A DNA stretch of 38,292 bases from Candidatus Undinarchaeota archaeon (GTDB taxonomy: Archaea; SpSt-1190). The DNA is taken from NCBI GenBank assembly GCA_964549355.1, contig CAZJUS010000003.1, forward strand, positions 1 to 38,292, written 5' to 3'. The notes under the pieces were generated by a model. It was not told the origin of the DNA, did not search any database, and saw only the letters and a program-made list of their open reading frames with translations. How positions within the stretch are numbered: the first letter of the stretch is position 1; every line of letters starts with the position of its first letter. Shown one piece after another: positions 16,787 through 25,981 of the stretch. Position numbers and translations under genes: made by a program.

Positions 16787-17524
16787 ATGTTCGATTATTC
16801 GTATCACTGGTCCAGTTTGAAGGAAGCTTCCCGCGGGGACGACGGCCGGCAGGGAGTTTTTGATTTGCTTTCTGAATTTGAAGCTGAGACCTCAGTCAAA
16901 AAGCGCGAGGAGCTCATACCCGGCATTGCCGGAGAGCTCAAGGCCCTCTACGAAATACCTGCAGATAAAGCACCCTCAAACCGTCTGCTGGAAAAAATCG
17001 CCTGCGATTTTGGAGTCAAGGAAGTGCTGAAAGCAGGCATAGTCCAGGAAGGTGCATGCCTTTTGGGAAAAGGCGAGTTTTATATCCTGTATTCCGCCGA
17101 ATCGAAAACAATGAAAAATTATGTGCTGGCCCATGAATTGGGCCATTACCTGCTGAGCCACTGTGGTAAGAGCATCCATGAAGCAATTACTGAAAGAGAA
17201 GCAGACCAATTTGCATATGCAGTATGCAATTTTTCTGCAGACCGCATTGAAAGTGCCGTGTGGTGGAACACTTTTTTGACCGTCCTGAAATCACCCGCGC
17301 ATCTTGTCCGCAGAAAATCAGAAATCCGCAGGCTGAAAGACAAAGACATATACGCCGGGCTGAAAGAAAGTGCAGATGAATTCTATACATTCTGCGGAAT
17401 ATGTGCGGGAACATATCCTTTGGCCGTTGTAGCAGGTTTGCTGGCATACATCTTGTCGCAGTCAGCATACCCAGGCGACTGCAACACTAATCTTTTAAAA
17501 CCTCAAAACACCAGAACTCAGTGA
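16787..17524 (+). CDS. ImmA/IrrE-family zinc metallopeptidase with C-terminal hydrophobic segment
   Basis: LAHELGH (HExxH) followed by EREADQFA. Confidence 0.75.
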   Translation: MFDYSYHWSSLKEASRGDDGRQGVFDLLSEFEAETSVKKREELIPGIAGELKALYEIPADKAPSNRLLEKIACDFGVKEVLKAGIVQEGACLLGKGEFYILYSAESKTMKNYVLAHELGHYLLSHCGKSIHEAITEREADQFAYAVCNFSADRIESAVWWNTFLTVLKSPAHLVRRKSEIRRLKDKDIYAGLKESADEFYTFCGICAGTYPLAVVAGLLAYILSQSAYPGDCNTNLLKPQNTRTQ

Positions 17525-17530
17525 GCAGAA

Positions 17531-17839
17531 ATGAGGAAGGCAAGAATTAAGCTCAGCGGAATTTCGCCCGAGGTCGTTGACAAGGTGGCCGGGGACATAA
17601 AGAAGCTGGGCCAGAAGTCCGGTGTCAAAGTGGCCGGGCCCATACCTCTGCCCACCAAAAAGCTCAAGATTACGACCCTCACGTCCCCCGATGGGGAGGG
17701 GACCAACCGCTGGGAGCGGTGGGAAAAAAGAATCCACAAGCGGGTGGTGGATGTGGGCCTTGATGACAGGGTGATGAGGCAGATTATGAGGCTTCAGGTG
17801 CCCGAGAACGTCCATATTGAAATCCAGATTCTTGAATAA
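17531..17839 (+). CDS. rps10: 30S ribosomal protein uS10
   Basis: KARIKL, GPIPLPTK, SPDGEGT..WERWEKRIHKR. Confidence 0.97.
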   Translation: MRKARIKLSGISPEVVDKVAGDIKKLGQKSGVKVAGPIPLPTKKLKITTLTSPDGEGTNRWERWEKRIHKRVVDVGLDDRVMRQIMRLQVPENVHIEIQILE

Positions 17840-17848
17840 ACACCCGGA

Positions 17849-18601
17849 TCATTTTTTCTTGCCTGTTTTCCTTCTCTTCTTCTCCTGCTTCTGCCATTTC
17901 TTCTCCAATTGCTTCTTGAATTTTTCGAGCTTTTTCTGCAACAGAAACTCCTCTCTGGCCTCTGCCAGCAGGAGCTCCTCCTTGGATTTAAGCCGTGCCT
18001 TCCTGCTCGGCTTTTCCAGCCTCCCCTCTTTTTCAGCGAACATCACTAGCAGGGTTTTGATTTTGACATGCCTCCGGGAAATTTTGAGCCTGCCGATGCT
18101 CTTCCTCATTTTCTCATCGGCCTGCCTTACGGTCTTGCCCACAAAATTCATGCGCCCTGTCCATCCCATGCCGTGGACCTTCTCCAGAGCCAGATACCTT
18201 TTGCTTTTTGGGGCCTGCCAGAGCCTTCCATCGGTGATTTCAATAATCAGCCACTCCTCGAAGCCCAGGCTCCTCAGGACGGCCCTGCAGACTTTGATTG
18301 ACCCGTCATACAGCTTGACCTTTGAGAGCGGCGGGAACGTTTTTTTGTAGCTGTTACCCCTCCAGACCACGACATCGTTCTGCACAAGATAAATGTATGC
18401 ATTGGATTCCGGGGTTTTCCATTCCCTGATTTTTATGAATTTTTTTTCCGGATTCCAGAAACTGCCGTGCACCGGCTGGTAGTAGTAGTCGACAGCGCTG
18501 TATGCCCCTTTCAGCTCCCAGCCTCTTTTCTGCAGGCTCTCCTGGAATTTGCCCAGCTCTTTGATTTTCCAGCGGATTTCGCACTCGACTTCTCCATCCA
18601 C
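17849..18601 (-). CDS. CYTH-like protein with a Lys/Glu-rich C-terminal tail
   Basis: N-terminal ECEIR (ExExK-like), DYYY, IKIRE, LRSLGF, LEKVHGMG. Confidence 0.65.
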   Translation of the reverse strand: MDGEVECEIRWKIKELGKFQESLQKRGWELKGAYSAVDYYYQPVHGSFWNPEKKFIKIREWKTPESNAYIYLVQNDVVVWRGNSYKKTFPPLSKVKLYDGSIKVCRAVLRSLGFEEWLIIEITDGRLWQAPKSKRYLALEKVHGMGWTGRMNFVGKTVRQADEKMRKSIGRLKISRRHVKIKTLLVMFAEKEGRLEKPSRKARLKSKEELLLAEAREEFLLQKKLEKFKKQLEKKWQKQEKKRRKTGKKK

Positions 18602-18664
18602 CCCAATACCACACCATTCCCGTATTTAGTCTATGTGTTTTAAACTGCGGAGCCCCAGCAGTTT

Positions 18665-20398
18665 ATGCGTATAGTGGTGGTCGACAAGAAGAAGTGCACG
18701 CCTGAGAAATGCGCTTCCGAATGCCTGAAGTTCTGTCCAGTCGCAAGAGGAGGCAAGGAGATAATCAAGATAGGGGAGAAGGCCGTCATTGACGAAGACC
18801 TCTGCATTGGGTGCGGTATATGCGTCCACAAATGCCCTTTCGGTGCCATCAGCGTTGTCAATCTCCCGGAGGGGGCAGGCGACATGGTCCACCGCTACGG
18901 CCGGAACGGCTTCAGCCTCTTCGGCCTCCCATCGCCGGTGGGTTCAGTCGGCCTGATTGGGCCCAATGGAACCGGCAAATCAACAATTGCGAATATCTTC
19001 TCCGGCAGGATCATCCCGAACTTCGGGGGCATGGATGAAGAGGCCCGCAAGGAAAAGGTCATTGAAGTTTATGCCGGCACGGAGCTTGGTTCATACTTCA
19101 AAAAATTATACAACGAAAAACTTCGGGTGGCTTTCAAACCGCAGGAAGTCACGGCCATTCCGAAGCTGTTCAAAGGAAAAGTGAATGGCTTGCTGGAGAA
19201 AGTGAATGAGACCGGAAAACTCAGGCAGATTTCTGAAGACCTCGGCATCTCCGGAATTCTTTCCCGTTCACTTTCCGCCCTGAGCGGAGGCGAGCTCCAG
19301 CGGGTTGCAATTGCAGCTGCCCTCCTCAAAGAATCTGACCTTGTGATTGTCGATGAGCCGGGAAGTTTTCTTGATGTTTATGAGCGCCTCCGTGTGGCGG
19401 ATGTCCTCCGCAGGCATGCCAAGCGTCTTTTTGTAATTGAGCACGACCTCATTATGCTTGATTATTTGTCCGATACTGTGAATGTGATGTATGGACGGCC
19501 CGGCGTTTTCGGCATAGTGTCCATGAAGAAAAACACCCGCACGGGGGTGAATGAATTTTTGGAAGGATTCTTGGCCGCTGAAAACATGAGAATCCGCAGC
19601 GAGCCCCTGAAGTTCCTGACAAGGCCCCCCAGCGAGGCTGGAGCCGAGTCCATTGTGGATTTCCCCGGATTCCTGGTAGACCTTGGGGGGTTCAGGCTTG
19701 AGTCTTCAGCCGGCCGGATTCGGAAGTCGGAGATTATTGGAGTCCTTGGGCGGAATGCATTGGGAAAGACCACGTGGGTCCGCACGCTTGCAGGGCAAAT
19801 CACGCCCAAGGAAGGCAGGCTTGAATCGGACCTCGCTGTCAGCTACAAGCCCCAGTACATAAATCCTGAAGAGATTCCAGTGGCGGCCATGTTCAAAATG
19901 ATAAAGCTCGACCCGCAGATAAATCTCAACCGGGACATCTATACACCGCTTGACCTTTCACATCTGCTCATGAGATACATGAAGGACCTGAGCGGGGGCG
20001 AGCTCCAGAGGGTCACCGTCGGCCTGTGCCTCGCCCAGGAGGCGGACCTCTACCTGCTTGATGAACCTTCGGCGTATCTTGACAGTGAGCAGAGAGTGAA
20101 TGTGGCAAAGCTGATCCGCCGGCTGACACAGTCCCGTGAAAAGGCAGCAATTGTGGTCGAGCACGACCTCATGCTGGTTGACTACCTCAGCGACCGTCTG
20201 GTGCTTTTCACCGGCAGGCCGGGGGTCGAGGGCAGGGCCACAGCACCCATGGATGTGAAGGCCGGCATGAATGAGTTCCTGAAGGATGTTGATATAACCC
20301 TCCGCAGGGACCCGCAGAGCCGGAGGCCGAGGATCAACAAGCACGGTTCGAACAAGGATAAAGAGCTGCGGGCCAAGGACCAGTTTTATGAGGCTTGA
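18665..20398 (+). CDS. rli: Ribosome recycling ATPase ABCE1/Rli1
   Basis: N-terminal Fe-S domain (CIGCGICVHKCPF), two ABC cassettes each with LSGGELQR, and RPRINK. Confidence 0.97.
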   Translation: MRIVVVDKKKCTPEKCASECLKFCPVARGGKEIIKIGEKAVIDEDLCIGCGICVHKCPFGAISVVNLPEGAGDMVHRYGRNGFSLFGLPSPVGSVGLIGPNGTGKSTIANIFSGRIIPNFGGMDEEARKEKVIEVYAGTELGSYFKKLYNEKLRVAFKPQEVTAIPKLFKGKVNGLLEKVNETGKLRQISEDLGISGILSRSLSALSGGELQRVAIAAALLKESDLVIVDEPGSFLDVYERLRVADVLRRHAKRLFVIEHDLIMLDYLSDTVNVMYGRPGVFGIVSMKKNTRTGVNEFLEGFLAAENMRIRSEPLKFLTRPPSEAGAESIVDFPGFLVDLGGFRLESSAGRIRKSEIIGVLGRNALGKTTWVRTLAGQITPKEGRLESDLAVSYKPQYINPEEIPVAAMFKMIKLDPQINLNRDIYTPLDLSHLLMRYMKDLSGGELQRVTVGLCLAQEADLYLLDEPSAYLDSEQRVNVAKLIRRLTQSREKAAIVVEHDLMLVDYLSDRLVLFTGRPGVEGRATAPMDVKAGMNEFLKDVDITLRRDPQSRRPRINKHGSNKDKELRAKDQFYEA

Positions 20399-20401
20399 TT
20401 G

Positions 20402-21022
20402 TTATTTGAGGACCCTGCCGGTTTTCATGTACCACAGGTAGAGGTCCAGGCGGGCCAGGTCCAGCCCGGCCTTCCGGCCGATGTCCTCCAGCACTTTTTC
20501 AATCTCAACATACTGCTTCCGGGACAAGGTCTTTGGAATCTTTAGTATGTAGTCCTCCTCCTTCAGCAGGTCCAGGATGTGCCGGTCGATTATGGCCACA
20601 TCCTTGAAGCCCACATTCCGCAGGAAATGGCTGGCCTCCTTCATCCCCAGGCCTTTCACACCCTGCAACCATAAGCGGGCGTTCTTGCCGTCGAACCTGA
20701 AAATGGCCGGCAGGTCTTTGGCAATTTTTCTTGCCTCCACAATATACGACGCCCGGGCGTTTGGAAAGCGGTGGCTCAGTGCAACCAGCTGGTGCGCCAG
20801 CTTGTCCTCCGGCAGTTCATAGAAGCCCCCGAAGCCCAGCTTTTTCTGGATCCTGATTCCGCCCTCCGCTGTGTAGTTGGCGGTGAGCAGGCAGAAGCAA
20901 AGCTCGCTGAACAAGGCTTTCCAGTCCCGTTCACTTTCGAACTGCTTGATTCTTTGCTCCACTTCATTCTTGACAGGGCTCTGCATCAATTCACGGATTT
21001 TTCCGGCAAGCACAGGACCCAC
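20402..21022 (-). CDS. ogg: 8-oxoguanine DNA glycosylase/AP lyase (Ogg2 type)
   Basis: ELCFCLLTAN, HRFPNARA, VKGLGMKEASHFLRNVG, IIDRHI, DLYLWYMKTG. Confidence 0.94.
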   Translation of the reverse strand: MGPVLAGKIRELMQSPVKNEVEQRIKQFESERDWKALFSELCFCLLTANYTAEGGIRIQKKLGFGGFYELPEDKLAHQLVALSHRFPNARASYIVEARKIAKDLPAIFRFDGKNARLWLQGVKGLGMKEASHFLRNVGFKDVAIIDRHILDLLKEEDYILKIPKTLSRKQYVEIEKVLEDIGRKAGLDLARLDLYLWYMKTGRVLK

Positions 21023-21099
21023 ACCATACGGACTTTAAATTGGTGCTGAAAAGCCGGGGCAACCCTAATGGATTAATACGCAAAACGCCCCTGAATGGT

Positions 21100-21813
21100 A
21101 TGTGCCGTTTGTTTGCAGCCATATCCGGCGTCCGCCAGTCTTTTGAGGAGGACCTGCTTTACTTCAGGCATCTCTCCTCCGTTCACTCCGACGGCTGGGG
21201 CATCGGCTGGTACTACCGCAACAGGCCCGTGGTCCACAAAAGTTCAGTGACGGCACTCTATGACCCGAAATATTTGACGGCAGCCAGGACAATCAAGTCC
21301 AATATGGTCGTTGCACACCTGAGGAAGCAGACCCGCGGCAATGTCCGGGAGGTCAACAGCCACCCTTTTACACTCAAGAATTATTTGTTTGCCCACAACG
21401 GGACCATCTCGAAGTCCCTCAAATATCTGATAAGGGGGGATTACCGGGGCATGCAGGGCGACACAGACTCCGAAATGCTCATGCATTTTCTGGTCCAGCA
21501 GATAGAGGACCAGCGGCCCCTTTTCGGCATGCGCAAGGCTTTCCGCAAGATTCAGAAGCTCAACAGCAACGGGGAGCTTGACGTGACTGCTGTGAATTTT
21601 ATACTGACTGACGGCAGGACCTTGTATGCTTACAGGAAGATGTACAGCCGGCCCCAGAGGCTGTTCTACAAGTATGATGAGAACGGTCACGAGAAACTGC
21701 AGATATCCTCCGTGCCTCTGCAGAGCAGGGACTGGGTGGAGATGGGCGACGGCGAGATGCTCATAGCCGATGTCGATACTCTTAAATTCCGAGTCTTGAG
21801 GATTGTGCATTGA
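21100..21813 (+). CDS. Class II glutamine amidotransferase (YafJ/EgtC-like)
   Basis: N-terminal MCRLF, HSDGWGIGWY, AHLR, NSHPF, FAHNG, GDTDSE. Confidence 0.9.
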   Translation: MCRLFAAISGVRQSFEEDLLYFRHLSSVHSDGWGIGWYYRNRPVVHKSSVTALYDPKYLTAARTIKSNMVVAHLRKQTRGNVREVNSHPFTLKNYLFAHNGTISKSLKYLIRGDYRGMQGDTDSEMLMHFLVQQIEDQRPLFGMRKAFRKIQKLNSNGELDVTAVNFILTDGRTLYAYRKMYSRPQRLFYKYDENGHEKLQISSVPLQSRDWVEMGDGEMLIADVDTLKFRVLRIVH

Positions 21814-22301
21814 GACCTGACACATCATTGTTTTTGGCAGTCAACGGTTTGGCGGGCCACAGCCCTGCTCTTGACCTCCTGATGCTTTTTTTTGCCGAAG
21901 CCCTGGTATATTTTGTGCCTGCTGTGATTTTCGCCCTCTGGCATGGAAGAAATGATATGTGGAAGAAAATAACCTGGGGCTCACTTGCATCCTTCGGCGT
22001 TTCCTCCCTGCTGTCGGCGCTCCTCGGCCTGCCCAGGCCGGGTGCACTCGGCGTCGGCCGGCAGCTGGTCTCCCACAAGCTCAACGGGAGTTTTCCAAGC
22101 GACCACACCGCCCTCATGTTCGGAGCGGCGTTCTCCGCACGGAAAAACAAAAAGCTTTTCGTGCTGCTGTTGATTTTTGCAACCCTCACGGGTTTCGCCA
22201 GAATTTTTGTTGGAGTCCATTTCCCCCTGGACATTATCGGGGGTGCAGTCCTGGGGGCTGCGGTCCCCTTCCTCCTCGACAAGGTGTCCGAATGGCGGTG
22301 A
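21810..22301 (+). CDS. PAP2-family membrane phosphatase (BcrC-like)
   Basis: RP, SFPSDH, ARIFVGVHFPLDI with hydrophobic helices. Confidence 0.9.
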   Translation: MRPDTSLFLAVNGLAGHSPALDLLMLFFAEALVYFVPAVIFALWHGRNDMWKKITWGSLASFGVSSLLSALLGLPRPGALGVGRQLVSHKLNGSFPSDHTALMFGAAFSARKNKKLFVLLLIFATLTGFARIFVGVHFPLDIIGGAVLGAAVPFLLDKVSEWR

Positions 22302-22513
22302 AGCTGGAAGTCAAAGTCCACCCCGGCTCGGCCGAAGAGCGGGTGGCAGTCGAAGGCGGCAGGGCAGAAATCTGGGTCAAGGCCCGTGCGGAAAACAACA
22401 AGGCCAATATTTCAGCAGCCAAACTCCTGGCAAAGCACTTCAAAAAACCGGCTTCTTCTGTCCGGCTGGTCTCAGGCCGGACCTCCCGCAGAAAAATCTT
22501 CATAGTGGACTAG
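22292..22513 (+). CDS. DUF167 (YggU-like) protein
   Basis: VKVHPGS, ENNKAN, LVSGRTSRRK. Confidence 0.85.
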   Translation: MAVKLEVKVHPGSAEERVAVEGGRAEIWVKARAENNKANISAAKLLAKHFKKPASSVRLVSGRTSRRKIFIVD

Positions 22514-22965
22514 CGGAGCAGTTTGGCCGGACCGGCCTCCTGGTTCTTCAGCACCACCAGGGTTTCAGTGGACGCCACCCCGTCGAAATCCCGCAGCCTC
22601 TTCAGTATCAGCCCGCTGAGTTCGTCCATATCCTTTGCAACCGCCCGGACAATCATGTCCCTGCTTCCCGTCACGACGGCCACATTCAGGACGCCCGGGA
22701 GCTTGGCCAGTTCTGCCGAAAGCTTCTCCTGATTCACCCTCTTTGAAGACGTATCAATGTTGACCAGCACATACACCTCGACACCATACCCCATTTTCTT
22801 ATGGTCCGGAACAGCTTTGATGCGGACAATGCCTTTTTTTTCAAGGGCGTTGAGCCTGTTGTAGACAGTAGTGATGGGCAGGCCCAGCTTTTTGGCCATG
22901 GCCTTCAGCTTCATCCTCCCGTCCCCCAGCAGGAGCTGAATTATTTTGATGTCTTTTTTGTCCAT
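22510..22965 (-). CDS. Lrp/AsnC-family transcriptional regulator
   Basis: MDKKDIKIIQLL..DGR, HTH with TVYNRLNALEKKG, and RAM-domain VTGSRD. Confidence 0.93.
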   Translation of the reverse strand: MDKKDIKIIQLLLGDGRMKLKAMAKKLGLPITTVYNRLNALEKKGIVRIKAVPDHKKMGYGVEVYVLVNIDTSSKRVNQEKLSAELAKLPGVLNVAVVTGSRDMIVRAVAKDMDELSGLILKRLRDFDGVASTETLVVLKNQEAGPAKLLR

Positions 22966-23073
22966 GCGGAAATATTTTCCACTTTTTTATTAAATTTTGG
23001 TCTTTCATGTTTTTATCGGGTTCCGGAGGCGGTGCAAGGATAGGCTTTAATATCCCTCCACTTTTTTCATTAT

Positions 23074-23622
23074 ATGATAGGATGGATAATCGGAGGTGCT
23101 GTTTTAGCAGTCTTCCTGGTATTTTTTGTTGGGGCTTTCAACAGGTTTGTCGGTCTCAGGAACGGCATAGACAACACCTTCAACCAAATCAGGGTTGCGA
23201 TGAAGAAGCGGGCCGACATGATAGGCCAGCTCGTGGACACCGCAAAAAGCTATCTCAAATTCGAAAAAGCCACGCTTGAGGGCGTGACCAAGATGCGCCA
23301 GATAGACATGGGCAGTGTTTCAGGCTTGAATGAGGCGGATGCTATGGCCCGCAGGATATTCGGGAATATAGTGGCGGTGGCAGAGAACTACCCGAAGCTC
23401 AAGGCAGTAGAGACCATAAAGCCCCTCCAGGACAGCATCAAGAGCCTCGAGGACGAGATTTCCAGGATGCGCTACCTCTACAATGACCAGGTGCAGACCT
23501 TCAACGTGATGGCCGAAAGGATTCCGACCAACATAGTCGCAGCGATTCTCGGCTACAAGAAGAAGCCATACCTCGAATTTGAGAAAGGGATTGAGAAGCG
23601 GCCGGATGCAAAGGTTTTCTGA
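23074..23622 (+). CDS. lemA: LemA-family protein
   Basis: N-terminal TM helix, KKRAD, AVAENYPKLKA, RYLYND.V..FN, PTNIVA. Confidence 0.93.
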   Translation: MIGWIIGGAVLAVFLVFFVGAFNRFVGLRNGIDNTFNQIRVAMKKRADMIGQLVDTAKSYLKFEKATLEGVTKMRQIDMGSVSGLNEADAMARRIFGNIVAVAENYPKLKAVETIKPLQDSIKSLEDEISRMRYLYNDQVQTFNVMAERIPTNIVAAILGYKKKPYLEFEKGIEKRPDAKVF

Positions 23623-25272
23623 ATGAGGTTCGGAGAAACCGCCCGCTTTCTTATTATTTTTTTATTACCTCTTTTGTTGCTGGCCTTCCTGACTTTCTCA
23701 GTGCCGTCCAGCAGTTACACTGTAACCAACCTTAATCTGCTCCTTGATTTCAGGAACGATTCACTTTATGTTGTCGAAACATTAAACTACCAGATTAATG
23801 AGCCCGGCTTCAGGGAGCTTTACCGTTCATACACAATGGACGGGGCTCTTGCCAATATGCAGGTTCATGCGAGCCAATGCCCTGCGGGTGCATACTTTTA
23901 TTCACAAAAATCCGGAAACAATTTGGAATTGATATGCCGAAAAGACACTTATTATTCTCCCGGCCCATACTCAATTCAATTCACTTATTCCATACCATCC
24001 CCATATTATTGTGAATCAGACCGATGCGTCCTTCACTGGAAAGTGCTTGACAGTTTCAGCGCACCAATTGAAAAGATAAATGTGGTTGTGCAGGGGAAAA
24101 TAAGCCAATGGCTTTCGACGCCGATGCCCGATAAAGTTTCAGCAGGGCAGTATTCACTCCCCGGAATTTACCCCGGCGGGCTTCTTGAGTTCTTCGTGGC
24201 AACTCCACGCGATGGAAAGCTCGGAGGCGCGGTTTCCGGACTGGACGGACATCTTCAAAGCTACCGACGGCAGGCTGTCCTGCAGACCTTCATGCTCAAG
24301 AATGGGGGCGCCGTCGTCGCCCTTTTGGCCTTGGTTGAATTCGGTGCTGTTTTGTGGATTTTCCTGAAGGTTTCAAAAGAGCACCCCACTCCGGAGGTGC
24401 CTGAAGTCCTCCACTACAAGCCCAAGGGCAGGAAGCCCCATGAGATGGCTTTTCTGTTCGGCGACCGGCCCGGCACCAAAATCAATCCGCGCGCAATTGA
24501 TGCCACTCTTCTTGATTTGGCCCGCAGAGGGTTCCTGAAGATTGGAAAAAACCGCATCGATGTCCTGAAGAAGGCCGGCGGTCTTGACAGCACCGAGATG
24601 AGACTGCTTGATTTTTACAGTGAACACGGCGATATTGCATCCTTCAAGAAGCAGATAAAATCAATGAGCTCCTGGCAGCTTTCGAAACTGTCCAGGGAAA
24701 TGGATGCGTTTGTCCGGCCGACCAAAGAATTAAAAATCAAATTCAAAACAATTTATGATGAAAAAGGCTCATCGCTTGTATGGGCAATTATTGTTGTTTC
24801 ATTTTTGAGCGGATTGCTGTTGTCCAACTGCTTTTCGATATCATACCCTAAATTCACTTTTTTTGCGGGCGTGCAGATTATGCTTGCAGTCCTGAAGCTG
24901 ATATTTGATAATTATGTGTTTGGCAGGTATTCACTCGAAGGCGTCCGCGAAAAAAGAAAGTGGGATGCCTTCAGGAATTTGCTGTGCAGCACAGCCCAGA
25001 TGAAGAAGTATGAGCCGGAGGATCTGTCCATGTGGGGCGATTGGCTGGTCTATGCCACTGCGTTTGGATGCGCGGAGAAAGTCCTGAAGAGGATGAAGTT
25101 CAAAAACATCCGCCTGCCGTATGTGCCCGACTATGGCATGGACCTCTATATGTACTCTGTCCTGCGCAGTACCGCTTATTCCCAGCTGGCAGCCAAGACG
25201 GGCCGCGCTGTCGGCGGCTTCAGCGGAGGGGTCGGCGGAGGCTTCGGCGGTGGCGGTGGCGGGGCGCGCTGA
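23623..25272 (+). CDS. DUF2207-family membrane protein
   Basis: ATLLDLARRG, WGDWLVYATAFG and a Gly-rich C-terminus. Typical partner of lemA. Confidence 0.88.
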   Translation: MRFGETARFLIIFLLPLLLLAFLTFSVPSSSYTVTNLNLLLDFRNDSLYVVETLNYQINEPGFRELYRSYTMDGALANMQVHASQCPAGAYFYSQKSGNNLELICRKDTYYSPGPYSIQFTYSIPSPYYCESDRCVLHWKVLDSFSAPIEKINVVVQGKISQWLSTPMPDKVSAGQYSLPGIYPGGLLEFFVATPRDGKLGGAVSGLDGHLQSYRRQAVLQTFMLKNGGAVVALLALVEFGAVLWIFLKVSKEHPTPEVPEVLHYKPKGRKPHEMAFLFGDRPGTKINPRAIDATLLDLARRGFLKIGKNRIDVLKKAGGLDSTEMRLLDFYSEHGDIASFKKQIKSMSSWQLSKLSREMDAFVRPTKELKIKFKTIYDEKGSSLVWAIIVVSFLSGLLLSNCFSISYPKFTFFAGVQIMLAVLKLIFDNYVFGRYSLEGVREKRKWDAFRNLLCSTAQMKKYEPEDLSMWGDWLVYATAFGCAEKVLKRMKFKNIRLPYVPDYGMDLYMYSVLRSTAYSQLAAKTGRAVGGFSGGVGGGFGGGGGGAR

Positions 25273-25316
25273 ACCCTCAACTGTCGGTTTTTAATATGAC
25301 TGTGCCTGATAGTTGA

Positions 25317-25709
25317 ATGGTGGGTCATTGGGAAGTTGACTACCACCGGGACATTGGACTTGGGACTACTTTTGTCGATGTGAGCGATGACAACCTTGTA
25401 GTCGATGCCAGTTTTCTGGACAACCTGAGCCGGAAAATCAAGGCAAGGGACAATTACAAGGCGGTTGCTGCAGGCATTAAAAAAGTAAAGAAGGAGGGGG
25501 TTGAGGATGCCGGAGAGCACAATTGTTTCATTGTTGCTGTCCGAAGGAAAGGGCAGAGCCATAAACTGCTCTTTGAAATCTGCAGGGACCAGAGGTGCAG
25601 GCTCATAGGGACCAACTGCAGCCCTGAAGCCGATGCCGGTGCATTGAAGGCAGTCCTCGGCGACTTATCCGGCAAAGACTCCTTTGAAGATGTCCAATTG
25701 ACTATTTAA
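25317..25709 (+). CDS. Hypothetical protein
   Basis: 130-aa ORF filling the gap on the same strand; no motif recognised. Confidence 0.55.
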   Translation: MVGHWEVDYHRDIGLGTTFVDVSDDNLVVDASFLDNLSRKIKARDNYKAVAAGIKKVKKEGVEDAGEHNCFIVAVRRKGQSHKLLFEICRDQRCRLIGTNCSPEADAGALKAVLGDLSGKDSFEDVQLTI

Positions 25710-25867
25710 ATGCCGTCCGGGGGTAAGTTGCAACTAAAGAATTATAAATAACCTGCGTGTGAGGTTTGACATGGTCTTTTGGGTGGCGGGACTGCCTGCT
25801 TCCGAAAATTCTGCCCATTTCACTCCTGAGGATATATTGCCAACATCATCAAGCAAATAATTCAAAG

Positions 25868-25942
25868 GGCCTGGGCCGGGATTTGAACCCGGGCTGGGGG
25901 ATCCACAGTCCCCCGTGCTGACCAGACTACACCACCCAAGCC
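25868..25942 (-). tRNA. tRNA-His(GTG) with encoded G-1
   Basis: Reverse complement G-GCTTGGGTGGTGTAGTCTGGTCAGCACGGGGGACTGTGGATCCCCCAGCCCGGGTTCAAATCCCGGCCCAGGC-C. C73 discriminator; TATA-like TTAAAAAG about 25 nt upstream. Confidence 0.96.
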
Positions 25943-25981
25943 GTCAAGAATTATGGGCCTTTGCCCTTTTTAAGCCTGCAG

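Noticed and set aside
21959..22291. N-terminal 111 aa of the ORF ending at 22513
   Set aside because: Alternate frame over the PAP2 gene; the DUF167 protein starts at ATG 22292.
25210..25272. GGC-rich low-complexity run
   Set aside because: Encodes the normal Gly-rich tail of DUF2207 proteins.
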